The position numbers and the translations under genes are program-made. Shown in pieces: positions 49,700 through 59,067 of a stretch of DNA of 64,000 nucleotides. Numbering within the stretch: the first letter of the stretch is position 1; each line of letters starts with the position of its first letter. The notes under the pieces were generated by a model, which did no database searches, was not told the origin of the DNA, and worked only from the letters and a program-made list of their open reading frames with translations. The DNA comes from an uncultured Candidatus Saccharibacteria bacterium (GTDB taxonomy: Bacteria > Patescibacteriota > Minisyncoccia > Phycocordibacterales > Phycocordibacteraceae), in the NCBI GenBank assembly GCA_964546795.1, contig CAZJKG010000002.1, positions 6,307 to 70,306 of the forward strand, written 5' to 3'.

Positions 49700-52384
49700 T
49701 TATACTAGGGGCGAAGCTGCAGCGGGATTCCGCGAGCGGCGAGACGTCGCTCGCTTCACCTCGAAATGCGGCTCGTCATTCTTGATGGAGACCGTCACCA
49801 TGCCTCCCTCCATGAGTCCCTGATCAACCATGAGGGATGCGAGTGGTGTGAGTATCTTGTCCTGAATAGTGCGGCGCAAGGGGCGCGCGCCATACTGCGG
49901 ATTGTAGCCCTTCTCCGCAAGCCATTCGCGCACTCCCGGCAAGAAAGAAAGCGAGATGCGCTTCTGCGTAAGCCGCTTCATGACCTCTTCCACCTGCGTG
50001 TCCACGATCTTGGCAAGCGCCTCCTTCGCGAGTACGTCGAAGATAATGATGTCATCAAGTCGATTGAGAAACTCCGGGCGGAAGTGCTCTTTGAGCGCAT
50101 CCATAACCTTCACCTTCGTTTCCTCATATCGGGTCGCGTCAGTTGCGCCCGCACTGCCGAAACCGATGTGCGCAAGCCGGTCGATGAATTCCCCACCGAT
50201 GTTGGACGTGAGTACGATAATCGTATTTTTGAAATTGACTTTGCGCCCCTTGCCGTCGGTCAAATGTCCCGAATCAAGCACTTGAAGCAGGATATTAAAC
50301 ACTTCCGGATGCGCCTTCTCAATCTCGTCAAAGAGCACTACAGCGTATGGGCGATGTCGGATACGTTCGGTCAATGAACCGGACTCTTCGTAGCCGACGT
50401 AGCCGGGCGGCGCGCCGATAAGCTTAGCGACCGAGTGTTTCTCCATGAATTCGCTCATATCAACACGCACGAGAGCGTCAATATCGTTGAACATGAATTC
50501 TGCTATTTTCCTTGAGAGCTCGGTTTTACCGACGCCGGTGGGACCAAGGAAGAGGAAGGAGCCGATGGGACGATTGGGGTCGCTAATGCCGACGCGCGAA
50601 CGCTTTACGGCATCAGTGACTTTCTTTACCGCGATATCCTGACCGATGATGTCGCTCTTCAATGTTGCTTCCATACGGGTAAGCTTTGCGGCCTCTTCCT
50701 CAAGCATCCGTGAGACCGGGATGCCGGTCCAACGCGAAACGACACCGGCGATATCTTGTTCGGCCACTTCTTCATTGAGGACGCGACGCGATTTCTGCAA
50801 TGTCTTCAGACGCTTCAGTTTCGTCTCCAAATCTTTCTGGATATGCGGGATGCGGCCGTAGCGAATTTCCGCGACCGTGCCGAGATCGGCGGCAATTTCC
50901 GCATTATCCGCCTGTACTTTGAGCGCCTCGAGTTCGGTCTTGGCAGCGCGGATGCCGCTCAAAATATCTTTTTCATTCTTCCACTTGAGCTCAAGTTCGC
51001 TGGTCTTTTCCTTCAAATCCGCGACCTCCGCATCAATGACCTTAATGCGTTCTTTTATCTCCTTGGTATGTTCTCCTTCCAGATCCTTCTGGAGCGCCTG
51101 CCGTTCTATCTCAAGGCGGCGAATCTTGCGATCGGTCTCTTCCAAGAGAGGTGGTTTGTTCTCGAGCGCAATGCGAAGTCCCGATGCCGCTTCGTCTATG
51201 AGATCAATGGCCTTATCCGGCAGGAAACGGTCGGTGATGTAGCGGGACGAGAGCTCGACGGCGGCGACAATGGCGCCATCAGTAATGCGCACGCCATGAA
51301 AGAGTTCGTACTTGTCGCGCAAGCCGCGAAGAATGGCGATACCGTCTTCCACCGACGGCTCTTGCACGAATACCGATTGGAAACGGCGTGTGAGTGCGGC
51401 ATCCTTCTCAATATATTTCTGATATTCCTTCAGCGTCGTCGCGCCGATCACACGTAGCTCACCGCGGGAGAGGGCCGGCTTCAACATATTCGATGCATCC
51501 AAAGAGCCCTCGGCGCCTCCGGCGCCGACAAGTGTGTGCAGTTCATCCACAAAGAGAATCACCTTGCCTTCGGCACGTTCTACTTCCTTCATAACGTTCT
51601 TCATCCGCTCCTCAAACTCGCCGCGATACTTGGTACCGGCGATAAGAAGCCCGAGATCAAGCGAGAGAAGCTCCTTGCTTTTGAGCGATTCGGGGACGTC
51701 GTTAGCCGCCATGCGCGCGGCGAGTCCTTCTGCGATCGCCGTCTTCCCCACGCCCGCTTCGCCAATGAGGACCGGGTTATTCTTCGTACGGCGTGCGAGA
51801 ATCTGGATGACCCGATTGATCTCCTGATCGCGGCCGATGACCGGATCGAGTTTATTCTCGGCGGCGAGTTTGGTGAGATTACGCGCATATTTCGCGAGCG
51901 CACGGAAACGTTTTGGTTCTACGGTCTGTCCTTCCTTAGAACTCTTGAGTTCTTTGAGAATAGCGATTGCCGCGTCACGACCTATGGAGAAGCGTGTGAA
52001 AATATCCGCAGCGCTCCCTGGATGTTCGATAATGGCAAGGAAGAGATGCTCGGTGCCGACGAATGTGTCATTCATCCTTGCAGCTATCTTTCCGGATGCT
52101 TCAAGCGCCTGCGCGAGGTCGGGTGTGAGATAGATCTGATATGAAGGCGAGAGGACTGAGGCGTTTTCGGGTGTCTCAAGGTGCTCAAGCACGGCATCCG
52201 CGAGCATGTTGGTATCCACTTCCATTCTGTCGAGCATGGAGAACACAAGCGATTCTTCCTGGAGTACGAGGGCGGCGAGCAGGTGGAGCGGCGAGACATG
52301 ATTTTGTCCGCGCTCTATCGCTATCTCATGCGCGCGACGTACGGCTTCTTTGGCTTTGGTGGTGAAATTATTGAAAGGCGGCAT
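49700..52384 (-). CDS. clpB: ATP-dependent chaperone ClpB
   Basis: 894 aa. Clp_N repeats, two AAA+ modules ('[10 protein letters not shown]' and '[10 protein letters not shown]'), a middle coiled-coil domain, and a sensor 'GARPLRR'. Confidence 0.9.
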   Translation of the reverse strand: MPPFNNFTTKAKEAVRRAHEIAIERGQNHVSPLHLLAALVLQEESLVFSMLDRMEVDTNMLADAVLEHLETPENASVLSPSYQIYLTPDLAQALEASGKIAARMNDTFVGTEHLFLAIIEHPGSAADIFTRFSIGRDAAIAILKELKSSKEGQTVEPKRFRALAKYARNLTKLAAENKLDPVIGRDQEINRVIQILARRTKNNPVLIGEAGVGKTAIAEGLAARMAANDVPESLKSKELLSLDLGLLIAGTKYRGEFEERMKNVMKEVERAEGKVILFVDELHTLVGAGGAEGSLDASNMLKPALSRGELRVIGATTLKEYQKYIEKDAALTRRFQSVFVQEPSVEDGIAILRGLRDKYELFHGVRITDGAIVAAVELSSRYITDRFLPDKAIDLIDEAASGLRIALENKPPLLEETDRKIRRLEIERQALQKDLEGEHTKEIKERIKVIDAEVADLKEKTSELELKWKNEKDILSGIRAAKTELEALKVQADNAEIAADLGTVAEIRYGRIPHIQKDLETKLKRLKTLQKSRRVLNEEVAEQDIAGVVSRWTGIPVSRMLEEEAAKLTRMEATLKSDIIGQDIAVKKVTDAVKRSRVGISDPNRPIGSFLFLGPTGVGKTELSRKIAEFMFNDIDALVRVDMSEFMEKHSVAKLIGAPPGYVGYEESGSLTERIRHRPYAVVLFDEIEKAHPEVFNILLQVLDSGHLTDGKGRKVNFKNTIIVLTSNIGGEFIDRLAHIGFGSAGATDATRYEETKVKVMDALKEHFRPEFLNRLDDIIIFDVLAKEALAKIVDTQVEEVMKRLTQKRISLSFLPGVREWLAEKGYNPQYGARPLRRTIQDKILTPLASLMVDQGLMEGGMVTVSIKNDEPHFEVKRATSRRSRNPAAASPLV

Positions 52385-52398
52385 GGGTGAGAATTATA

Positions 52399-53166
52399 TT
52401 AGCGAGCTGGCGACGAGGTCGCCGCGGTCGTTGTCGCAGTAAGAAGTGCGCTTATCTTGTTGGCGGGAATAAGAAGTCCGGGTGTTCCTCCGGTGCTGAT
52501 GCCGATGAGATTGCCGGCAAGATCCACTGCAGCGCTTCCAGTGCCTATATCCGGCAGTGTCGTGTGAATGTTCTTTTCGCTGATTCGCGCGACGATGCCG
52601 GTGGAAGCGGAGCCATCATCACCAATAGCAAGCGCCGTTTGACCGAGTTTCAAATCGTTTGCACCGATGAGGATTGGAGAGGTCGCTTTCGGCAGCGTCG
52701 CATCATCCGCAAAACCGTAAATGGTGATGCCGCCGCCTTCATGTGCGAGAGACGCGGGAATAAACGCACCATTCGGGAATTTGATGAGTGCCTCTTTCGG
52801 TAATATGTCCTGGGCCGCAGTCACGACAGCGCGGGATTTGGAAAGATATGTGCCGATGGAGATGGCTGGTGTAGAGGTGCCAATCGTCGCATCATAGATT
52901 GCAACGATGCGGGACGCATCCATGCCAAGAGCATTCATGACGAGATCCTGATTGGAAGGCGCGGGTGCCTGAAGCACTGCGGCGGGAGCCGCCTGCGCAA
53001 CGGTCTCAATGGTATGCTCGACGACGCGATTCACTGTCTGCACGACGAAGGGTGGTGCTTTATCGAGCAAAGAAACCGTCAAGATGCCGGTCGCGACCGA
53101 GGTCACAAAGTTCACGAGGATTGTGAGAAGAATCAGTTGGGACTTTGAGAGTTCCTCTATATTCAT
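52399..53166 (-). CDS. Secreted/membrane-anchored protein with a possible degenerate trypsin-like (S1C/HtrA-like) domain
   Basis: N-terminal TM helix. C-terminal 'DIGTGSAAVDLAGNLIGISTGG' loosely resembles the G(D/N)SGGP...G.VIGI motif of S1 peptidases. Weak assignment. Its ATG lies inside repeat copy B. Confidence 0.3.
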   Translation of the reverse strand: MNIEELSKSQLILLTILVNFVTSVATGILTVSLLDKAPPFVVQTVNRVVEHTIETVAQAAPAAVLQAPAPSNQDLVMNALGMDASRIVAIYDATIGTSTPAISIGTYLSKSRAVVTAAQDILPKEALIKFPNGAFIPASLAHEGGGITIYGFADDATLPKATSPILIGANDLKLGQTALAIGDDGSASTGIVARISEKNIHTTLPDIGTGSAAVDLAGNLIGISTGGTPGLLIPANKISALLTATTTAATSSPAR

Positions 53167-53290
53167 CCCATTAGAAATAGGACACGGATACGCTATGTGC
53201 AGCGCAACCGAACCCTATCCAATTAGAATTGGTAACCGAACCCGTCTTCTGGTGTCGACCTATGCGTCCGTGGTTTCTAACGGGATTCAT
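53161..53290 (-). repeat. Copy B of the ~125-bp element with terminal inverted repeats
   Basis: 'tcatcccAttagaaataggacacggatacgc...cgaaccctatccaattagaattggtaa...tgcgtccgtggtttctaacgggattcat'. It exactly fills the gap between the cysteine desulfurase stop (53303) and the ATG of 52399–53166, and that ATG is embedded in the right-hand repeat. Confidence 0.55.
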
Positions 53291-53302
53291 GCGACTATAA
53301 TG

Positions 53303-54454
53303 CTACCTTCGGCCGTCACTGTCAATAAACGCGACCGCCTTCGTAAGCGCTCTTGCAAAACGAGTGAAAGCGCGTGTAGGAACACCGGGACCCCAGGACA
53401 TACGCAGTGTTGCACAGGCGCGTTCCGGATCGCTAGTCAGGATCAGGACAGCTCGTGAACCCACTTCGGAATCCGTCTCGCAGGCGCTCCGTGACGAGAC
53501 GGCGAAGCCCGCTTCATCAAGGAGCGCGACGAGATAATCGGTATCATGGCCCGGAAGTGAAAGATTGAGAATATGAGGTGCCTGAAAGTGGCCCTCCTGC
53601 ACTTGTACATTCGGAATACCGGCAGTGATCATGTTGATGAGGTTCGCGCGGTCGCGCTCGGCGGAAGCACGGAAGTTCTCGCGCTCAAGCACGGCGGCGG
53701 CGACCGCCGCCGCGAAACTCCGCGCAAGTTCCGGTGCCTCGCTCCCTGAACGCAATCCGCGTTCCTGTCCGCCGCCCGCATAGAGAGGAACCATCGGAAT
53801 CGTGCGATGTGCGATGAGCGCGCCGGTGCCGCGAACAATGGAGACCTTGGAAGCATCGAGTGTGAGCATGTCCGCAGCAAAATGTGCGCGTGTTATTTTC
53901 TCGGTCAGGGGCGCCTGGCTCGCGTCAACATGCAACAGAATGTGCGAGTTGAACGCGAGCTGTGCTTCGTCCAGAACACGGCGAACCTCGCGGGTATTCC
54001 ACACGACTCCCGTTTCGCCGCAGACCGCCTCCATGGAGATGAGGGCTGTCTCAGGCGTGAGCATTTTCTTGAGCGCCTCAATATCAATTCGATAATCCTT
54101 GACCGGAAGAGTGTCTACCCTTACGCCTTCTGCGGAAAGCATCTTTGCGTTCTCAACGATTGATGCATGTGCGCTCGGCAGATACAAGATATGAATGTCT
54201 TTTCTCTCCGCCGCATCGCCTGCCTGCTGGTAGGCAGGAAGCGCTCGCACATGTCCCAGAATAGCGAGAGCGTTGCTCTCAGTCGCTCCGCTTGTGAAAA
54301 TGACATCGTCCGGCTGCACCTCGACGAGACGAGCAATGATTACCCGCGCGTCTTCCAGCATTTTCTTAGCGCGCCTCCCCTCTTCGTGGGGCGACGACGG
54401 GTTAGGCGTCACGCCTGCAGCATTATCAAGATATATTCTCCGCTTCCAAAACAT
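53303..54454 (-). CDS. Cysteine desulfurase / class V aminotransferase (IscS/NifS-like)
   Basis: 'IYLDNAAGVTP', a PLP-binding Lys region 'SAHASIVENAKML' (ASxHK-like), and a C-terminal 'SSRSACETD' region. Confidence 0.85.
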   Translation of the reverse strand: MFWKRRIYLDNAAGVTPNPSSPHEEGRRAKKMLEDARVIIARLVEVQPDDVIFTSGATESNALAILGHVRALPAYQQAGDAAERKDIHILYLPSAHASIVENAKMLSAEGVRVDTLPVKDYRIDIEALKKMLTPETALISMEAVCGETGVVWNTREVRRVLDEAQLAFNSHILLHVDASQAPLTEKITRAHFAADMLTLDASKVSIVRGTGALIAHRTIPMVPLYAGGGQERGLRSGSEAPELARSFAAAVAAAVLERENFRASAERDRANLINMITAGIPNVQVQEGHFQAPHILNLSLPGHDTDYLVALLDEAGFAVSSRSACETDSEVGSRAVLILTSDPERACATLRMSWGPGVPTRAFTRFARALTKAVAFIDSDGRR

Positions 54455-54558
54455 GAGTTGATTCTACACGAGGGTATGATATTTGACTTCTTTCCAACTG
54501 AAAGATATCTTCAACTATAGAAAAGCAAACTGAACACTAAACTAAAGGAGGTTTCAAG

Positions 54559-54792
54559 GTGAACAACAATAAAAAAATTGTCCATGGTCTAGCGCGTGGC
54601 CTACCTTTGTGTATGTTCTCCGAGAAACTTCCATCAAAATGGCCGGAAGGACATGTCTGTACTTCTATAGTCTCTGCAATACAAAGAAAGGATATCACCT
54701 GCCCCGCATGCCTAAGAGAATACGCATCACAATCCAATAAACGTCGTCCGCCTTTCCACGAGGTCGAAACATCCGTGAACATCGGCGATTAA
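54559..54792 (+). CDS. Small hypothetical protein (77 aa) with CxxC pairs
   Basis: 'CMFSEK...HVCTS...CPACLREY' may form a zinc ribbon. Followed by a terminator. Coding status uncertain. Confidence 0.3.
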   Translation: MNNNKKIVHGLARGLPLCMFSEKLPSKWPEGHVCTSIVSAIQRKDITCPACLREYASQSNKRRPPFHEVETSVNIGD

Positions 54793-54807
54793 AGGACCTT
54801 ATGGCGA

Positions 54808-54843
54808 ACCCGCCAGCAGAAACCTGCTTCGGTGGGTTTTTGT
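54808..54843 (+). terminator. Rho-independent terminator (bulged stem followed by UUUUUGUU)
   Basis: CCCGCCAGCAG-aaac-CTGCTTCGGTGGG followed by 'tttttgtt'. Confidence 0.5.
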
Positions 54844-54973
54844 TATCTATCTATCCACTTCTAAAAAATACTTGACAGGGTAGAAATATGCTAACTTACA
54901 CGTGTTGTTCATTTTGGAGGGAAATGCGATGGATCATCAACGGCTTCGCACGCCGCCCAGCTATGGGGATCCG

Positions 54974-55007
54974 TAGACGCGGCGGGGGCTCCTGGTGGAT
55001 CCGGGAG
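54974..55007 (+). terminator. Rho-independent terminator/attenuator-like hairpin upstream of infB
   Basis: GGGCTCC-tggtggatccg-GGAGCCC followed by TTTTTTT. It lies inside a short upstream ORF that starts at 54924 with an RBS 'GGAGGG'. Confidence 0.6.
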
Positions 55008-55092
55008 CCCTTTTTTTATAGCTCTTATTTTTATTTGATCTGCTGCTTTGCAAATTGCAATTAGGTCATTTTTGTGATGAAATAGAGGCATT

Positions 55093-56562
55093 ATGGCGCG
55101 GGTCCCAAGACCGCCCGTCATTGCGGTGATGGGCCATATAGACCATGGTAAGTCATCCCTCCTGGATTACATCCGGAAGGCGAATATCGTGGCGGGCGAG
55201 GCGGGAGGCATCACACAGCATGTCGCCGCATACATCGCGCTCCACAACGGCCGACCGGTCACGTTCCTTGACACTCCCGGTCACGAGGCATTCAAGGCAC
55301 TGCGCACCCGGGGCGCGGCGGCCGCGGATATTGCTATTCTCGTTGTTGCGGCGGACGAGGGCGTGATGCCACAAACGCTCGATGCACTCGCGGCCATCAC
55401 TGAAGCAAAGATTCCTTATATTGTGGCGATCACCAAGATAGACAAAAATAACGCCGATATCGGCCACACCAAGAATTCGCTTATCGAACATGGCATATTC
55501 ATAGAAGGTATGGGTGGCGATATTGCATTTGCACTTGTCTCTTCCAAGACCGGCGAAGGTATACCGGAACTTCTTGACTTGGTCCTTCTTTCTGCGGACC
55601 TTGTGGAACTCACCGCCGACCCGCTCGCGAGTGCGACTGGCTTCATACTTGAATCCACGCAGGATGCCAAGCGCGGAGCATCAGCGACGCTCATCATAAA
55701 AGACGGGACACTGACACTTGATGGCTTTGTTGTCGCTAGCGACGCGTTTGCCCCGATACGCTTCATAGAGGATTTCCGAGGCAAACGTGTGGAGACCGCA
55801 GGACCTTCGGAACCGGTGCGTATCTCTGGATTCAACAAACTGCCCTCGGCCGGTTCGCTTTTCAGCATCGCAAAGAATAAAAAGGAGGCAGAACTTCTTG
55901 CGAAAGAGCAGGCCAAAACGCTTGTGGCGACACCCGAACGCGCTGCGTCGATTGAGGGCATTACCGAACTTCCCCTTATCGTGAAGACAGACGTTGCTGG
56001 TTCAGTTGATGCAATTCAACATGAATTAAAGAAAATCACCCATGAGCGCGCTTCCATTCGCATCGTCTCTTCCGGCGTCGGCAGCGTCTCGGAAACCGAT
56101 GTCAAGACCGCATACGCTGCCGGCGGAGTTATCATTGCATTCAATGTGTCCATTGATCCCATCGCTAGTGAGCTCGCAGAGCGAGACCATATCAGCATCC
56201 TTTCTTTCTCCATTATTTACGAACTTGCTGAGAAAATAGCCGGACTCCTCGTTGGACGTGTTCCTGTTGTCGCCTCCGAGAAAGAACTTGGGCGCGCGAT
56301 GGTGCTGAAATCCTTCTCGTCAAGCGGAAAGAAACAAGTCCTCGGTGCGCGCTACGTCTCTGGTGTGCTCACCGTCGGAAATCGCATGAAAATACTTCGT
56401 CGCGAGGCAGAAATCGCGCGAGGCAGCATCACGAACCTCCAGCAGGCGCGCGCGGATGCCAAAGAGATAAAAACCGAGGGCGACTTTGGTATTGAGATCG
56501 AAGCGCGCGAGAATGCGACGTACGGCGACGAGATCATCGCCTTCGTCGTCACCGAATCATGA
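55093..56562 (+). CDS. infB: Translation initiation factor IF-2 (short form lacking the long N-terminal region)
   Basis: The G-domain starts at the N-terminus: 'PPVIAVMGHIDHGKSSLLD...FLDTPGHEAF...ITKID'. Then the beta-barrel domains II and C1/C2. 489 aa. Confidence 0.9.
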   Translation: MARVPRPPVIAVMGHIDHGKSSLLDYIRKANIVAGEAGGITQHVAAYIALHNGRPVTFLDTPGHEAFKALRTRGAAAADIAILVVAADEGVMPQTLDALAAITEAKIPYIVAITKIDKNNADIGHTKNSLIEHGIFIEGMGGDIAFALVSSKTGEGIPELLDLVLLSADLVELTADPLASATGFILESTQDAKRGASATLIIKDGTLTLDGFVVASDAFAPIRFIEDFRGKRVETAGPSEPVRISGFNKLPSAGSLFSIAKNKKEAELLAKEQAKTLVATPERAASIEGITELPLIVKTDVAGSVDAIQHELKKITHERASIRIVSSGVGSVSETDVKTAYAAGGVIIAFNVSIDPIASELAERDHISILSFSIIYELAEKIAGLLVGRVPVVASEKELGRAMVLKSFSSSGKKQVLGARYVSGVLTVGNRMKILRREAEIARGSITNLQQARADAKEIKTEGDFGIEIEARENATYGDEIIAFVVTES

Positions 56563-56885
56563 TTCACTCAGACAGAACGCGTAGCCCTCGTCGGCAGAGT
56601 AATCGCGCCGCCGAGATAGTCGCGCGCGAGGCCGCGCAATTTATCGCGCGCGAGGCCGGCACTGAATCCCTCATCACCGTCATACGTGCTGAGAGCGTAG
56701 CGCATGGTGAACGCATTATGATATTCGTGAGCGTCTTCCCTACGGAGAAAGCTCGCGCGGCGCTCGCATTCCTGGAGCGGCAGCGCGAGGCGTTCTCGAA
56801 TTATTTGAAATCCCACGCGCGGCTTCGTCTCCCACGCGTTGATTTTCTTCTTGATAACAACGAGACATCTCCATTAAATAATTAG
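56559..56885 (+). CDS. rbfA: Ribosome-binding factor A
   Basis: Sits directly downstream of infB, the conserved gene order. 'RRQSNRAAEIVAREAAQFIARE...LITVIRAESVAHGERIMIFVSV' fits the RbfA KH-like fold pattern. 108 aa. Confidence 0.6.
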   Translation: MIHSDRTRSPRRQSNRAAEIVAREAAQFIAREAGTESLITVIRAESVAHGERIMIFVSVFPTEKARAALAFLERQREAFSNYLKSHARLRLPRVDFLLDNNETSPLNN

Positions 56886-56911
56886 TTTGTAACTTTACAC
56901 ATATAGTTTCC

Positions 56912-57676
56912 TTGCAGTATATAACGTTACCACTTATACTGTATGACGTGGGAGTCAAATATTTTGTGAATGAAAAGTTCTTTGATGTGTGGGGTGATGA
57001 GATGGCATATGTGCTTGGTTATCTTTACGCGGACGGAAGTTTGGAGGACTCGCCACATATTCGGGGTAAGTATGTACGAGTGACAAGTACGGATCGGGAC
57101 AGGATTGAAATCATCCGGTCATTGCTCAAATCTGAACACACTATCGTCCGCGAAATTCAAGATGCTCGACGCAAACCTCGGTTCCTCTTGAGAATTGGAA
57201 ACAGTCAGCTGTTTGATGCTTTGATTAAAATCGGTATTACGCCCCATAAGTCATTGACTATGGAATTTCCGGTCGTGCCAAATCTCTATTTCGGATCGTT
57301 CTTGCGGGGATACTTCGATGGGGATGGTTGTGCTCATATAGACATTGTGCACGGAAAACCAAAACGTTTGCTTTCTATCTTTACAAGCGGCAGTAAGATA
57401 TTTCTTGAAGCACTCCATAAGCGTTTATCTAATGAGATCGGTCTCATCGGAAACGGTCTATACTCACACGGCAGCACTGCTGGTGCCTACCAACTACGTT
57501 ACTCCACTCGAGATAGTTTGCGGTTATTCAATTTCATGTATCCGCGAGGACTCAGTAAGAAGTTACATTTGCGAAGAAAATACGATATATTTATGCAGTA
57601 CCTTGAACTCAGGGGTATTTCGCGGGGTGAAATACCCCTTGTGTTGAATCAGAAAGGCCCGATGGTGAAGAGGTAA
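56912..57676 (+). CDS. LAGLIDADG-family homing endonuclease (two-motif, single-chain type), free-standing
   Basis: Two LAGLIDADG motifs, 'LGYLYADGS' and 'LRGYFDGDGC', spaced ~100 aa apart. AT-rich (~42% GC) relative to the flanks. The track ORF starts at TTG, so the start is uncertain. The 3' end overlaps the first ~20 nt of tRNA-Cys. Confidence 0.8.
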   Translation: MQYITLPLILYDVGVKYFVNEKFFDVWGDEMAYVLGYLYADGSLEDSPHIRGKYVRVTSTDRDRIEIIRSLLKSEHTIVREIQDARRKPRFLLRIGNSQLFDALIKIGITPHKSLTMEFPVVPNLYFGSFLRGYFDGDGCAHIDIVHGKPKRLLSIFTSGSKIFLEALHKRLSNEIGLIGNGLYSHGSTAGAYQLRYSTRDSLRLFNFMYPRGLSKKLHLRRKYDIFMQYLELRGISRGEIPLVLNQKGPMVKR

Positions 57677-57727
57677 CACATCGATCTGCAAAATCGACAT
57701 GCGCGGGTTCGATTCCCGCTCGGGCCT
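57656..57727 (+). tRNA. tRNA-Cys (anticodon GCA)
   Basis: GGCCCGA-TG-GTGA-AGAGGTA-ACAC-A-TCGAT-CTGCAAA-ATCGA-CATGC-GCGGG-TTCGATT-CCCGC-TCGGGCC-T. The D-arm has a short loop and one mismatch. Confidence 0.75.
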
Positions 57728-57757
57728 CATGCGCGAAAAGTTGTACTATAGAAAAAT

Positions 57758-57844
57758 GCCGAGGTGGCGGAATGGTAGACGTCAGAGACTTAAAATCTCT
57801 TGCTGCGTAAAAGTGGCGTGTGGGTTCGACTCCCACCCTCGGCA
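57758..57844 (+). tRNA. tRNA-Leu (anticodon TAA), long variable arm
   Basis: GCCGAGG-TG-GCGG-AATGGTAGA-CGTC-AGAGA-CTTAAAA-TCTCT-[TGCTGCGTAAAAGTGGCGT]-GTGGG-TTCGACT-CCCAC-CCTCGGC-A. Confidence 0.8.
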
Positions 57845-57850
57845 CAAAAC

Positions 57851-58678
57851 ATGCAAAAGAAGAGACATGTACGCATAGGAATTTTTGATTCCGGATTCGG
57901 AGGACTGCATATCTCGCGCTTTATAGTGAAAACCTTGCCGCAGTACGATTATGTATATGTAGGCGATACCGCTCGCGCTCCCTATGGGCACCGATCGCAG
58001 GAAACCATATACGCCTATACGAAACAAGGAGTGGAGTTTCTCTTCAGACATGGATGCGGAATTGTCATCATCGCCTGCAATACCTCATCAAGCGAAGCGC
58101 TCCGCATGGTGCAGCAGAAATATCTTAGGATGTCCGGCGCGAAGAAAAAAATACTCGGCGTGCTCATCCCCGCGGCGGAAGACGCTGTAGAAAAAACAAA
58201 AAATAAAAGGGTCGGCGTTATCGCGACGGAGGCGACCGTCGCATCCCGCGCATTCGTCCGCGAACTTACAAAACTCGACCCGAACGTGCAGGTATTCCAG
58301 AAGGCCTGTCCGCTATTAGTCCCGCTCATAGAGGCGGGAAAGCAGAACTCCAGAGAGACGAAGCTCGTGCTTGAAAAATATCTCCGCCCGCTCATTCGCA
58401 AGAAGATAGATGTGCTTATCCTCGGTTGTACGCATTACGGCATCGTAGAAAAGGAGATTCGCAGTATCGTCGGGCCGCATATCGCCCTCATATCCGAGGC
58501 CAAGATCGTACCGAAGAAATTAGAACAGTATCTGCGCAAGCACAGCGATATTGAAAAAACGTTCAGTAAGGGCTCGGGTATCCGTTTTTATTCAACCGAC
58601 CGTACCGACAGCTTCAGGGTTATCGGGAGCAGATTTTTCGGGAAAAAGATACGGGTTGAAAAAGCGACCCTGCAATAA
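57851..58678 (+). CDS. murI: Glutamate racemase
   Basis: 'IGIFDSGFGGLHISRFIVKTLPQYDYVYVGDTARAPYG' and 'IIACNTSSSEAL...LILGCTHY' with both catalytic Cys motifs. The track ORF starts at 57800 inside tRNA-Leu; the ATG at 57851 ('MQKKRHVRIG') is the likely start. Confidence 0.85.
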   Translation: MQKKRHVRIGIFDSGFGGLHISRFIVKTLPQYDYVYVGDTARAPYGHRSQETIYAYTKQGVEFLFRHGCGIVIIACNTSSSEALRMVQQKYLRMSGAKKKILGVLIPAAEDAVEKTKNKRVGVIATEATVASRAFVRELTKLDPNVQVFQKACPLLVPLIEAGKQNSRETKLVLEKYLRPLIRKKIDVLILGCTHYGIVEKEIRSIVGPHIALISEAKIVPKKLEQYLRKHSDIEKTFSKGSGIRFYSTDRTDSFRVIGSRFFGKKIRVEKATLQ

Positions 58679-58681
58679 ACG

Positions 58682-58766
58682 TGGTGCTGGGGAGAGGAAT
58701 CGAACCTCCAATGGATTGCTCCACATGGTCCTAAGCCATGCGCGTCTACCAATTTCGCCACCCCAG
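58682..58766 (-). tRNA. tRNA-Leu (anticodon TAG), CCA encoded
   Basis: Minus strand: GCTGGGG-TG-GCGA-AATTGGTAGA-CGCG-CATGG-CTTAGGA-CCATG-[TGGAGCAATCCATTG]-GAGG-TTCGATT-CCTC-TCCCCAGC-A-CCA. Confidence 0.8.
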
Positions 58767-58898
58767 CGCTTCCAAAGCATACTATGTTCTGCTATATTTT
58801 TCCTTACGTGCGCGCCTATATCTTCATCTTCCCAGATTCGATATAGCCGCTCGTTCGGAGAACAAGAATCCGAGAATGCATTCTCGTTTCCTCACTTC

Positions 58899-58971
58899 GC
58901 GCCTATAGCTCAGTTGGTAGAGCAGCTCCCTCTTAAGGAGACGGTCCCTGGTTCGAATCCAGGTAGGCGCA
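58899..58971 (+). tRNA. tRNA-Lys (anticodon CTT)
   Basis: GCGCCTA-TA-GCTC-AGTTGGTA-GAGC-A-GCTCC-CTCTTAA-GGAGA-CGGTC-CCTGG-TTCGAAT-CCAGG-TAGGCGC-A. Confidence 0.8.
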
Positions 58972-58973
58972 CC

Positions 58974-59001
58974 TTGACTTTCTAAAAGTTTCCTGTATTC
59001 T
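58974..59001 (+). promoter_or_regulatory. Putative sigma-70 promoter (TTGACT–16–TATTCT) immediately after tRNA-Lys
   Basis: Upstream of the SPFH-like gene. The RBS 'AAGGAGG' is 6 nt before the ATG at 59068. Confidence 0.4.
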
Positions 59002-59067
59002 GCAAGGCAGAAAACGGTTCGTTCCATCACCCATATTGATTAAAATCAAACAGAAGGAGGATGCTCT

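Noticed and set aside
54909-55121. 70-aa minus-strand ORF overlapping the infB leader and start
   Set aside because: It overlaps the infB start and the terminator hairpin in antisense and has no RBS.
57800-57850. N-terminal extension of the murI ORF overlapping tRNA-Leu(TAA)
   Set aside because: It reads through the tRNA gene. The ATG at 57851 with conserved murI N-terminus is the true start.
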